Below are positions 38,317 through 48,114 of a DNA stretch of 50,949 bases, piece by piece. Made by a program: the position numbers and the translations under genes. Each line of letters opens with the position of its first letter. Position 1 is the first letter of the stretch. The DNA lies in contig JBEKBM010000024.1 of NCBI GenBank assembly GCA_050015395.1, positions 1 to 50,949 of the forward strand, read 5' to 3'. The notes under the pieces are model-generated. The model saw only the letters and a list, made by a program, of their open reading frames with translations. It was not told the DNA's origin and did no database searches. The stretch comes from Candidatus Bathyarchaeia archaeon (GTDB lineage: Archaea; Thermoproteota; Bathyarchaeia; Bathyarchaeales; Bathycorpusculaceae).

Positions 38317-39330
38317 TTGCAGAACGAAAACGCTATTCAAACGATTAACCTAACGAAAACATTTAAATCAAAAATTCAAACCTCTGAAACCAAATTTTAT
38401 AATCGTAAAACAGTCTCTGTAAAAGCTATTGACAACCTCAATTTTGAAATTAAGAAAGGGGAACTTTTTGGGCTTCTTGGACCAAACGGAGCAGGAAAAA
38501 CAACTCTGGTCAAAATGTTGTGCACTCTTCTTCCGCCAGACAGTGGAACCGCGTTAATCAACGGTTATGATATAATCAAGGAGCAAATGAAGGTTAAACG
38601 GTCACTTGGCACTCTTTTCAGTGTCGGAGAAAGAGGCTTCTTTTGGAGGCTGAATGGTTACAGAAACCTCGAATTCTTCGCTTCAATCTATAATGTGCCG
38701 AGACAGAAACGGCATGAGCGAATTTTGGAAGTGTTAAAGCTTGTGGATTTAGAAAACAGCACTTTTCAGTTGTATCAGAAATATTCTGGCGGAATGAAAA
38801 GAAAACTCGCACTCGCAAGAACACTGCTCCCAGACCCGCCCATAATACTTCTTGATGAGCCAACGACTGGTTTAGATGCTATTTCTTCAAGGAACATTAG
38901 GGAATTTGTCAAAAAAACCGTTCAGGAAACAGGCAAAACAGTGCTCTATACTACTCATTATATTGAGGAGGCAGCGCAAATCTGCGATAAAATTGGCATC
39001 CTGAAGCAGGGAAAAATCGTGGCTTGCGACACTCCGAACGCTTTGAGAGATAAAATCAAAAATGAAGAGTTAATCTACCTAATACTTGAGGAAATAACGT
39101 TGGCTCAGATTGAGCAAATGCGTTCTTTGCAAGGCGTAATAAGCATAACTGAAAAAACCGACGAAGACTTACTGCCTAGCCAGAAGGGATTGCGCGTTGA
39201 GCTGAAAAGTGTTGACTTGCTCCCATCAATCTTCGATTTTCTGTTTGAACAAAAAATTAAGTTAGTAAATTTCAAGCGGGAAGAACCCACCTTAGAAGAC
39301 GCGTTCATTGAATTAATCAAGAGAGCATAA
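38317..39330 (+). CDS. ABC-2/DrrA-type exporter ATPase
   Basis: GPNGAGKTT, YSGGMKRK, LDEPTTGLD, TTHY, PTLEDAF; likely TTG start at 38317 after GAGGT. Confidence 0.9.
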   Translation: MQNENAIQTINLTKTFKSKIQTSETKFYNRKTVSVKAIDNLNFEIKKGELFGLLGPNGAGKTTLVKMLCTLLPPDSGTALINGYDIIKEQMKVKRSLGTLFSVGERGFFWRLNGYRNLEFFASIYNVPRQKRHERILEVLKLVDLENSTFQLYQKYSGGMKRKLALARTLLPDPPIILLDEPTTGLDAISSRNIREFVKKTVQETGKTVLYTTHYIEEAAQICDKIGILKQGKIVACDTPNALRDKIKNEELIYLILEEITLAQIEQMRSLQGVISITEKTDEDLLPSQKGLRVELKSVDLLPSIFDFLFEQKIKLVNFKREEPTLEDAFIELIKRA

Positions 39331-39333
39331 ACT

Positions 39334-40125
39334 ATGTGGGATGAACTGGAAAAAATTTATTTCTTCATGAAGCGCGACGCCATCAGCTTCTCCACTTACA
39401 AGACTAACATTGCTATACTTATTTTAACTGGGTTGTTTGGCGCGTTATCATTCGCTTTTTTGGGCTCAAACGCAAGCATGCAAAGCGTGCTCCAATACGA
39501 CCATGTGACCCTAACCGCTTACCTGCTTATCGGATTAGCCTTTAACACTTACCTTGGTCAAAGCCTAACATTGGTCCAAAAAACCATCAACCCTTGGGCG
39601 CTGGAAGAGGTTTTGGTTTCGCCAACAAGCTTAACAACATTCATCGTTGGCAGTTCTATTTGGGGCTTCATATGGAGCACTGGCGTAGTTATAATATATC
39701 TTGCCGTCGCCGTGCTAATTTTCGGGGTAATTTTAAGTGTTAACATTTTGGGAACAATAATTGTTTTAGCGTTAGGCATCGGCACATTCATTGGTTTTAG
39801 CATGATTGGTGCGGGAATCCTTATTTTAACCAAGCAAGGCGACCCAGTGACAGCGCTCATAACCATAGCGACAAGCTTGTTCGGAAACGTTTTGTTTCCG
39901 CCGCAAGTTATGCCGGCTGCGCTGCAAGCAATTTCTTATGTGTTTCCGCCATACTACTTTTTCACGTGCATCAGGCTTGTGCTTACAGGCTGGACAATAC
40001 AGATGATTCTTCCAAACCTGTTGATCTTAACGTTAATGTGCGCAATAATTGTTCCGTTAGGATATGTTATTTACGCGTGGTGCCTGAAAAGGGCGAGGAA
40101 AAACGGAACCCTCTCATGGTTCTAG
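39334..40125 (+). CDS. ABC-2 type permease
   Basis: About six TM segments, LEEVLVSP, GNVLFP; adjacent to the ATPase. Confidence 0.88.
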   Translation: MWDELEKIYFFMKRDAISFSTYKTNIAILILTGLFGALSFAFLGSNASMQSVLQYDHVTLTAYLLIGLAFNTYLGQSLTLVQKTINPWALEEVLVSPTSLTTFIVGSSIWGFIWSTGVVIIYLAVAVLIFGVILSVNILGTIIVLALGIGTFIGFSMIGAGILILTKQGDPVTALITIATSLFGNVLFPPQVMPAALQAISYVFPPYYFFTCIRLVLTGWTIQMILPNLLILTLMCAIIVPLGYVIYAWCLKRARKNGTLSWF

Positions 40126-40163
40126 ATTTTTTTTAGTTGCGACTATTGAGTAGGTTTAGGGAT

Positions 40164-40568
40164 TTAGGTTATTTGATGCGGTTCTTTTCTGGGAATCTTG
40201 AGGTTGTTGAAGTGCTTGTCAAATGATACTATGGCTTCTACGTTTGTGTCAAGTGCAATTGCATACTGGATGGTGTCGTCCATGTCGAGTTTGTTTTGTG
40301 TGGCTAATTCTGTGGCTTTGATTTCATTTGTTAAGTCGGTTGGGTAGATGCGTAGTCCTTTGTAGCCTGTGAGGCTTGAGAGGAAAACCTTGAGTGCTTC
40401 TAGTCTTTCATAGCTGTACATGGTTACGATTATAGAATGGACAGTGAAGTCGGTTATTATCCCTAGTTTCTTGCTTTTTTTGAACTGGTCAAGGAGTTTT
40501 TCGCATTCTTCCTTTTTGGCTTGAGACAGAAGGACTTCTAGAAAAATGTTAGTGTCAACAAGGTACAT
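40164..40568 (-). CDS. vapC: PIN-domain toxin
   Basis: YLVDTNIFLE, DMDDTIQYA, IVSFDKHF. Confidence 0.88.
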   Translation of the reverse strand: MYLVDTNIFLEVLLSQAKKEECEKLLDQFKKSKKLGIITDFTVHSIIVTMYSYERLEALKVFLSSLTGYKGLRIYPTDLTNEIKATELATQNKLDMDDTIQYAIALDTNVEAIVSFDKHFNNLKIPRKEPHQIT

Positions 40569-40833
40569 GGGTTAGCTCTTTTTTCGCCCAGAGCTTTGGG
40601 GTCTCATGTTGCAGGGTTACTGAGTCTACGTTTACGTCTTTGAGTAGCCCTTCTATGGCTTTTACGGGGTCACCTTCGAAGTTGGCGGGTTCTTTTTCGG
40701 TTGTTGAAAGCCATTTAAGGATGGCTTCCTCGGCGGCTTTGCTTAGAGCTCCTTTTCCGTAGCCGAAGCGTTTCATGGCTGCTTCTCTGAATTTCTCTTT
40801 CACTTTAGGATTTATTTGGACTCTGAGAGACAT
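40555..40833 (-). CDS. vapB: Putative RHH-type antitoxin
   Basis: Small ORF upstream of and overlapping the PIN gene; LRVQI..KFREAAMKRFGYGKGALSKAAEEAI. Confidence 0.75.
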   Translation of the reverse strand: MSLRVQINPKVKEKFREAAMKRFGYGKGALSKAAEEAILKWLSTTEKEPANFEGDPVKAIEGLLKDVNVDSVTLQHETPKLWAKKELTHVPC

Positions 40834-40923
40834 GTTATATTACCCTATTGCCATATCGCTGAATTAGCCTTTATCCTTTTTTCCTATCTAACTACTACAA
40901 AACTTTTACCAGAAGTTGCAGAC

Positions 40924-42618
40924 TTATTTCGCAAGAATTCTCTGCAGGTTAATTTCGAAAGCTGCCACTGGGTTCTCAAGTTTCCACGCCTCAAGCACCA
41001 AAGGATTAACTTCGCCGATAATGCCAATTTCGACGTCGCCGACTATTATTTTGCCGATTCTGCCTTCGATGAAGCTTGGATGAGCGGTTTCTTTTATTTG
41101 CCATTCAACCCCAAAATTAGCAAAAAATGCGTCGAGGTCAGATTTGATTTCGGTGAAGTTAGCGTTTGCGTGTGCTGTTGCGGCACAGAGCCATTCTTCG
41201 TCTCTCGTTCTAGTCTCTTTTGCTTCGTCTGGCAGGGTGACTTTGCCGAGTTCGAATATTTTTTGGGGGAACTCTACGGATTGGTTGTTGCTGAGGAACT
41301 CCATGAGGCTTGGCAGCAGCCAGTTGCGCAGGCACGTCATGGTTACCACTTTGGGGTTAGCAAGTTCCACATTCGTGGTTTTTTCCCTGTTCATTTTATC
41401 AAACAGGCTTTCCTGATTAGTCAACGTGTATGTTAAGATTTCTTGGTAGCCTAAACCAACCATAAGTTCCCGTGCGATATCGATTAATCGCTGATCTGGT
41501 TTTGCTCGCCCGGTTGTGGGCAACTCGCGCCAAAGCGGCTCAATATTGTTATAGCCATAAGCGATGGCGACATCCTCAATCAAATCGACTTGGTGCATTA
41601 CGTCCACGCGGTAACATGGAACAAGCACCTCTACGCTGTCATCCTGCGTTTTTTCGATGCCTAAGCCTGCCGTTAACAGAAGCTCAGAAATGCGATGTGC
41701 CGAAAGCTTCAGCCCTAAAAGCTTATTCGTGTACTCGACACTCAAAGACAAGCACCTGCTGCTAAAATCGGGGGTTACCACTTCTTTCTCTGGGTACTCT
41801 GATTCTTGTGGGTAATGGATTGTTGCCGAGTAAGCTTTTCCGCCGCGGTCAATCAAGGCGGAAGTGACAAGGTTAAGCGTGTTTAACACTGTCTTGTGCA
41901 TGGTGCCTGTAACTTCAACAAGCAGGTTGCGTGTTTCTTCGGTGACTTTGCCAAGGTCGTTTGAGTTTATGATTGGCGGAAAAGACAACACGTTGCCCTT
42001 AGCATCAAGCAGCATTGGGTAGACATGGTGTTTTTTGACTATGTCGCCATACTCAATGCCTTTAGGATGGCGATCAAGGATTTCCGCTAAACTCAATTTT
42101 TCTGTAAAGCCCAGCGGAACAAAGCTTACCTCGTTCGGTTTGGCAATCGTGTACTCTAATGGCGGAGTTATCAGGTCTATGTTGTATATGCCGATGGATG
42201 TTTTTTGTCGGCTTCTGCCGTAAGTTTTGTCCAGTTTGTCCTGTAAGTGCATGAGCCCACGGATTATCGGGTCAGTCAGGTGAATATCTTTTATGATTGA
42301 GCAGCAGATGAACGGGCGAATGTTGTAGAGTTTTGCGTTAACGTTTACTTCTATAACTGGTTTGCTGGCTGCGTATTGTTTGGGTCCTTTTTGTTGGTTG
42401 AGGTAGCCGCGCAAGGCTCGGCTTAAACCTTCAACACTCCAAAGGTCAGGACGGTTGGTGTCTTTCATTTCGATGCTGACGACGCCTTCACGTTCACTGT
42501 AAAGCTTTACCTCGCCCTTGATATAGACTAAAATCTCATCCAAGCGTGCCATGTCACCCTGCAGCCCAAGGCCAAGCAAGCGTTCAAGCTCCTGGTATTC
42601 AACGTCGATTGTGGGCAT
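40924..42618 (-). CDS. pheT: Phenylalanine--tRNA ligase beta subunit (archaeal type)
   Basis: MPTIDV, NRPDLWS, SFPPIINS, YRVDVMHQVDLIEDVAIAYGY, FELG. Confidence 0.96.
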   Translation of the reverse strand: MPTIDVEYQELERLLGLGLQGDMARLDEILVYIKGEVKLYSEREGVVSIEMKDTNRPDLWSVEGLSRALRGYLNQQKGPKQYAASKPVIEVNVNAKLYNIRPFICCSIIKDIHLTDPIIRGLMHLQDKLDKTYGRSRQKTSIGIYNIDLITPPLEYTIAKPNEVSFVPLGFTEKLSLAEILDRHPKGIEYGDIVKKHHVYPMLLDAKGNVLSFPPIINSNDLGKVTEETRNLLVEVTGTMHKTVLNTLNLVTSALIDRGGKAYSATIHYPQESEYPEKEVVTPDFSSRCLSLSVEYTNKLLGLKLSAHRISELLLTAGLGIEKTQDDSVEVLVPCYRVDVMHQVDLIEDVAIAYGYNNIEPLWRELPTTGRAKPDQRLIDIARELMVGLGYQEILTYTLTNQESLFDKMNREKTTNVELANPKVVTMTCLRNWLLPSLMEFLSNNQSVEFPQKIFELGKVTLPDEAKETRTRDEEWLCAATAHANANFTEIKSDLDAFFANFGVEWQIKETAHPSFIEGRIGKIIVGDVEIGIIGEVNPLVLEAWKLENPVAAFEINLQRILAK

Positions 42619-42619
42619 T

Positions 42620-44155
42620 TTATGTCACCTGTTTTCTCCTTAGCCAATCAAGGTCTTGGCTGAAAATCATCCGTATATCATCGATGCCTGCACGCATCAT
42701 AAAGAGGCGGTCAACGCCAAGTCCCCAAGCGATAACTGGCACTTTTACGCCAAGGGGCAGTGTCACTTCTGGGCGGAAGATTCCTGAACCGCCGAATTCT
42801 ACCCAGCCGTAGCCTTCCTTGTAGGCGCTCAGTTCCACGCTGGGTTCTGTGAATGGGAAATAGTCCGGTTTGAAGCGGACTTTGTCTGCTCCAGCAATTT
42901 CCATGGCGAACTTGCCGAGTACGCCTAAGAGGTCTTTCAGGGTTAGGTTTTCATCTATGATTATGCCTTCAACCTGGTTGAACTCTGACAGGTGCGTTTT
43001 GTCGGTTATTTCTGGGCGGTAAACGCGGGCGATGGAAAAGTGTTTGCTTGGAACCTGGAAGTTTTTGCTCTCCAATGTCCTTGCGCTTAGACATGTGCCG
43101 TGTCCGCGAAGAATCAATCGCTGGGCAGTTAGGAGTGAGTACTTGTATCCCCATCCTGTTGAACCTGTCTTCCAGCCGTTCTCATGCGTCTCCTTCACAT
43201 GTTCCACAGCTTCTGCGTATTGGCTTATGTCGCCGTACTGAGGGTCTTTGATGTAGTAGATGTCGCTTGGTTCACGCGCTGGATGGTCCTGCGGCACGTA
43301 GAGCGCGTCGAAGTTAAAGAAGCTGGTTTCAACGTTGGTACCTGTCATTTCTTGGAAGCCAAGGTTAACAAGTTTTGCCCGAACCTCATCAAGGAATTGT
43401 AAGTATGGGTGTTTTTTCCCTGGCCAAGTTTTAGCTACAGGAGCTTCAATATTGTACTTTTGCAGTTTTGAGGCGTGCCATTTTCCCGTGATTATAAGTT
43501 CTGGTGTGAGTTGGGTGATTTCTTGTGGTGCTGTTTTGCTTTCCCATGCTGCTTTTTTGCCCTCTTCAGTGATTTGGAGCTTGCGTGTGGTTTTAGGTTC
43601 AATGGTTACTAGCGTGCGTTTTTTTAGTTGTTCAGCTGCCTCTTTCAGTTCGCTGCTTAGGTCTTCTAGTGCTGCTTGATGTTGGTGCTTGTCGTTTAGG
43701 CATTTGAGTAGTGTTTCGTCGCAGCCGTCCGCAATAAACGCTTGATGCAAAAGCGGTTCAGAGATGCGTATAGTGTTGGTTTGCGAGGTGTAGATTGCCC
43801 ATTTTTTTCTTATTGCCCAGCCAAGCGCGATTTGGATGAATTGCGGTTCGATTCCCGCTTGCTGTGCCGCTTTTTTCAGGTCTGCCGCTCCGCCAAGTGC
43901 TGCCACGGCATGGATTAGTTTGCGTTCGGGCAAGCCGTTTTTCGCGTATTGTTCTCCTTCAGCGGTCAGTTTGATGACGCTTTGGTATTCCGCCTGTATG
44001 CTGATAAGGTTTTTTTCTTGAATAGTTAGTGCGGTGCGCATGACTGCTGTATCTGGGAATTTGCAAGCATCAATTAACTGTTCTACTGAAGCTTTTCCGC
44101 CTAGTGATTCCAAAGCGGAGAGTAATCGTTGTTCTTGTGTTCTGAGTTCAACCAT
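42620..44155 (-). CDS. pheS: Phenylalanine--tRNA ligase alpha subunit (archaeal type)
   Basis: GKKHP, FNFDALYVPQDHPARE, HLSEFNQVEG, YFPFTEPS, GSGIFRPEV, AWGLGVDR; likely start MVELRT at 44155. Confidence 0.96.
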   Translation of the reverse strand: MVELRTQEQRLLSALESLGGKASVEQLIDACKFPDTAVMRTALTIQEKNLISIQAEYQSVIKLTAEGEQYAKNGLPERKLIHAVAALGGAADLKKAAQQAGIEPQFIQIALGWAIRKKWAIYTSQTNTIRISEPLLHQAFIADGCDETLLKCLNDKHQHQAALEDLSSELKEAAEQLKKRTLVTIEPKTTRKLQITEEGKKAAWESKTAPQEITQLTPELIITGKWHASKLQKYNIEAPVAKTWPGKKHPYLQFLDEVRAKLVNLGFQEMTGTNVETSFFNFDALYVPQDHPAREPSDIYYIKDPQYGDISQYAEAVEHVKETHENGWKTGSTGWGYKYSLLTAQRLILRGHGTCLSARTLESKNFQVPSKHFSIARVYRPEITDKTHLSEFNQVEGIIIDENLTLKDLLGVLGKFAMEIAGADKVRFKPDYFPFTEPSVELSAYKEGYGWVEFGGSGIFRPEVTLPLGVKVPVIAWGLGVDRLFMMRAGIDDIRMIFSQDLDWLRRKQVT

Positions 44156-45030
44156 ACAGCTTGCCTTCATCGGCTGGAGTTCTTGGGTTTTGTTAATGGA
44201 TAGTTCTTGCGTCACAAATAAAAGCATGCTGATGATTTTGGTGGGGCTCAGGTGCTCGGAGTGGTTTATAGCCTCCTTATCCAACCAACCACTGAAAAAC
44301 TACGTTTGGATTAGATTCAGGAAAACAGCTTTTGTAAGACGGGATACACGGTTCAGCAAAAGCTTTTAACTTTCGTCCCTTCCAACCAAAAATGCGAGCC
44401 AGTGCTTTCCTGAGTCTCGGCGAGCCAAGCAATCTAAACCTCAGTTCCTTAGGCTTCGTAAAGTTTTGAACCTGTACAAGTGCTCTTAATTGCTGCTTCA
44501 TAACAGATAAATCAATTCTAGACTGACATATTCATGATTGGTATGAGCAACAATTCGGAGATTCCCTGCTCTGCCTGCCATAAGTGGGATGCAACGGCAA
44601 AAAGTTTCTCCTGTAACCCCGGCGAATGCCGAAAGCTTTCTGAATGGCTTTTCGTCCACGCTCAAATAGAGCGCGCGGAAACCACGCAATTTGTCGTAGT
44701 CCCAATCCAATACGTAGTTTAAAAATTTCCCAAAAACCGCTTCTCTTTTTCCATTGTGTTTCAGATTTGAGATTAAACATTGACTTTCACGATGTAAAAG
44801 TCGTAGTGCGCTGCCTTGTCCCGAAAATGGTCAGAGTTTTCTGAGATATGCTTGATAGGTTTTTTTAGATCCTTAACCTCTACGTTTTTTTGTTTGAGAC
44901 TTCTCTAAAAGCTAGCTTTTCCCTCTTCTCCGTTGCTGATTTTTCTGCCATTTGTTTGGTCTTATGGTTAGGGCATAAGGCATTAGCTTCATTGTTAACT
45001 TGCAATCTCGATTTTAGGGATTAACTGGGT

Positions 45031-45201
45031 TTATGTTGCTGCTACTTTGCGAAGTTCGATTCTTTCTATGTCCAGGCACTCGTCGCAGAGGTCAGAACGC
45101 GGTCTCCAAGAGCGTCTTTGCATGACGACGCGGGGGTACTGCTTGCAGTTTTTGCGCCAATGCCACCTGTCAGGCTCAGGTCCCTTAACGTACTCGTCCA
45201 T
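45031..45201 (-). CDS. Small hypothetical protein (56 aa) with H/C...CxxC putative Zn site
   Basis: MDEYVKGPEPDRWHWRKNCKQYPRVVMQRRSWRPRSDLCDECLDIERIELRKVAAT*, preceded by AGGCGAT; below the ORF-track cutoff. Confidence 0.6.
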   Translation of the reverse strand: MDEYVKGPEPDRWHWRKNCKQYPRVVMQRRSWRPRSDLCDECLDIERIELRKVAAT

Positions 45202-45706
45202 TCTGAATCGCCTAAATAATATTATAGCGCTACGAATATTTCTAATTTGCGTAGTTGGTGTTTAACAAGATTTTCAAGGCTGTTAGGGTAATGAGGGATT
45301 TGTATCAATTTATCGCTTGCTTACGTGGCGATGATTTTACATTAAAACCTTTTGCGGAGTGGTTAGGTGTTATTTGGACTTACGCGCGCTCAGTCATGAC
45401 TAGATTAACCGCGTTTTCGCAGTCTGACCTGTTACAGTAGGCCTCGCCGCTTTCAGCAATAATGCACTGTTGTTGCTAGTTGCTTATAGTTTTTAGCCGA
45501 TTTGCATGGCTGCAGAAAATTTTTTTGGTCTTTTCAGCGGTTGTTTATGGCTGATTTTGTTGAACAGGGATTGTTTAGGGCTTCTTTTCCCTGTCACGCA
45601 TGTACATTGTTACTAGTCACGCAACTTCATAGGTACCTGTCACTTTAAAACATGAAGAACCCTATTTAACGCCTAAAAATATAGGCGCCTAACGAGGGCG
45701 CACGAT

Positions 45707-45811
45707 TTACTTTGCTTTGCCCGCCTTTTTAGCGCAAGCGTCACTGCAATACTTCTTCTTACTATCAAACGTAGTATAAACCTGCTTACAAACCGGACAC
45801 TTCTTCTGCAT
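45707..45811 (-). CDS. 34-aa treble-clef (TRASH/YacG-like) zinc-finger microprotein
   Basis: MQKKCPVCKQVYTTFDSKKKYCSDACAKKAGKAK*, preceded by GAGAGGCGAT. Confidence 0.7.
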   Translation of the reverse strand: MQKKCPVCKQVYTTFDSKKKYCSDACAKKAGKAK

Positions 45812-46008
45812 CCAAATCGCCTCTCAATAACTACCACATGCTTCAGGCATGAACTAAAAGCTTTTTCTAAAAAATCAATTTTATTAATTCAACTCATATG
45901 TCACAAATAGACGAATGTAATAAATCATTGGAACCTATCTGGCGGAAGCCTGCTTTTTTAATGGGTTGTGTAGTTGTTCTATTAATAAAAAAGTTATATC
46001 CCTGTTGG

Positions 46009-47376
46009 TCATTGGCTAAATTCAAGAAATTTTGTAGCATACTCTCGATATATTTGTCGAATGTATTTTTGGTCGATTACTTCGAATCTAGGATTTTTTT
46101 TAGAATCTGATGCAGCTTGCTTGATGTTTTCAATTACCGAAGGTGCAGTCTGAAAAGGGTTAAGGTAAAGAACTAATGCATGGTCACTTGAAAATAATGA
46201 AACACATTGACGGAATAGCACATCACCCTCACCAATCTGCTTTAAAATGGGTGTTGCCTTAATGACAATGTATACGCCCTGCTGTAGTGAATAAATTACT
46301 TTATCTGCAACCTCATATCCAGAATGTAAATCTGGTTTAGTATTTGTCAATTTTGAAATAACTCTTATCCAGCAATCCTCTTGTTTCTTATTTATACAAG
46401 CCTCACACTCTGCCTTAGAAACACTTGATTTACATTTCTCTTTTATTTGCGTGGTTTCATTAACTTCAGCTGCCTCGTCCATTAACTTAAGAAAAGGGAA
46501 TAATTCCCGAAACTTTAGAAAATTTGATGGGCATAAAGTGGTTTTTAAGGCATTTTTTATATCGTCTCTTGATTCCGGACTTGCACACTCATAATAAGCT
46601 TGGAGTATTAATGGAGAATTAAGCCAATTCGATGATAATGAATAAACCTTGCTGAGACTATCAAGAAAATTCCTTTTTATTTTATTTTGGGTATCTTCAG
46701 TTAAACACCCTAACGATTGTATGTTTACAACCAATCTAGCCCAAATTAATATCTGCTTATCTGCTGTGCCAGCGGGATTTTCAATCCAATTGAGTAGTCT
46801 AACATAAATTTCGTTGACTATTGTGTCATTACCTTGGCAGTTCTTAATGCCTTTAAGATATGCAATAAGTTGGTGTGGGCTTATGTCTTGCTTTTTTAGC
46901 CATTGTTCCGCTCGTGACGAGAAGCACTCTTGGATTGCTGGATATTCATTTGGTAAATTGGCAATGGCAGAAGATAACATAAAATCTGTCCATGGAAGGT
47001 CGCCTGATTCCATTGCTTTTGATAAATATAGGTTCGAATATCGTAGAAATTTTGTTTTTGCCGACTCGTTATGCGGAAAACCTACTTCCTTAGCAATTTC
47101 AAATGCAGTTGACCATTCTAATGAATTATCTCTTTGGTGATTGGTGTCTGTTGGGTCTCGCTTCCCATAGAAATCATTGCTTGGATCACGTCTAAAAAGA
47201 TCATCGTACCTTTCAATGTAAGACGCCCATTCGCCTCCTAAAGCTTTTAAAAAGCAGTATGAATTTAGGAAAAAAGATTTCATTGCATATCTTGGTTCTT
47301 TACTACTCATTAGGTACTCAGGATATTTTTCATTATGTAGCTTAATCCAATAATTAGTAAGAGCTAGGTAATTCAT
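46009..47376 (-). CDS. Unknown 455-aa protein: helical N-terminus, C-x8-C-x2-C-x7-C cluster, possible REase-fold C-terminal domain
   Basis: Long intact ORF in AT-rich DNA; CKSSVSKAECEACINKKQEDC followed by HSGYEVADKV...YIVIK...LFRQ. Confidence 0.6.
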   Translation of the reverse strand: MNYLALTNYWIKLHNEKYPEYLMSSKEPRYAMKSFFLNSYCFLKALGGEWASYIERYDDLFRRDPSNDFYGKRDPTDTNHQRDNSLEWSTAFEIAKEVGFPHNESAKTKFLRYSNLYLSKAMESGDLPWTDFMLSSAIANLPNEYPAIQECFSSRAEQWLKKQDISPHQLIAYLKGIKNCQGNDTIVNEIYVRLLNWIENPAGTADKQILIWARLVVNIQSLGCLTEDTQNKIKRNFLDSLSKVYSLSSNWLNSPLILQAYYECASPESRDDIKNALKTTLCPSNFLKFRELFPFLKLMDEAAEVNETTQIKEKCKSSVSKAECEACINKKQEDCWIRVISKLTNTKPDLHSGYEVADKVIYSLQQGVYIVIKATPILKQIGEGDVLFRQCVSLFSSDHALVLYLNPFQTAPSVIENIKQAASDSKKNPRFEVIDQKYIRQIYREYATKFLEFSQ

Positions 47377-47794
47377 TGCTTTCCCTCATATATATTACTG
47401 AGAAGCCATTGTCAATTGAACTGCTTAATGAGGAGGATCCCTCAGTAATGATTGACGCAAGCTCCAAATAGGTGATGATAGATACGTCAATAGCATTTTT
47501 ATCCTCCTTAAGGTTTTCTCTCAATTTCTTGTATAATTGTTCTAACGGCCAAAAGGCTGCTTTTGAAGAAACGCATATAATATCAACATCACTCACCCGT
47601 TTTGTTGAGAATTTTAACCTCGATATTCTTGAACCGTGCATTATCAACATGATGGGCGATAAAAATTCAAAATAATGTATAAGCTTTTTACAGGAAGTTC
47701 CTTTTGGCAGAAAGCACGGTTGGAATTTAACATATGAACGCTTTGTAACCATCAGACTTACTAACGTGTCGTAATCTGTAACCGTTTTTAACAC
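47354..47794 (-). CDS. Minimal (Pol-beta superfamily) nucleotidyltransferase
   Basis: HGSR...SDVDII and a third acidic residue in IDVSII; overlaps the downstream gene by 23 bp. Confidence 0.78.
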   Translation of the reverse strand: MLKTVTDYDTLVSLMVTKRSYVKFQPCFLPKGTSCKKLIHYFEFLSPIMLIMHGSRISRLKFSTKRVSDVDIICVSSKAAFWPLEQLYKKLRENLKEDKNAIDVSIITYLELASIITEGSSSLSSSIDNGFSVIYMRESNELPSSY

Positions 47795-48114
47795 TGCCGT
47801 TGAATCTGGTTTTCCATGTTTAAAAATATTGTTAATTTGGGTTCTGTAAAGTTGTCGGTTATTTGTTTTCCATGTAAACTTTCGGTTGATAGTGGCTTAG
47901 TGCTCATTTTGTTGCTGTGCTTACACAGCCACAAAACGCTATAGGGTATTATCCCATATTTTATTCATAGATGAAGTTTTGTGGCGGTATTTTTTTGTAC
48001 GCAGAAATGTTTAAAGGACATATCGTAAACTTTAATATACCTATCGCAAATAGAAAAGGGTTAAATAGCGAGCAAGCGCTTAATGTAAAACCCAAAGGGA
48101 AGCGGAAAAAAGGT

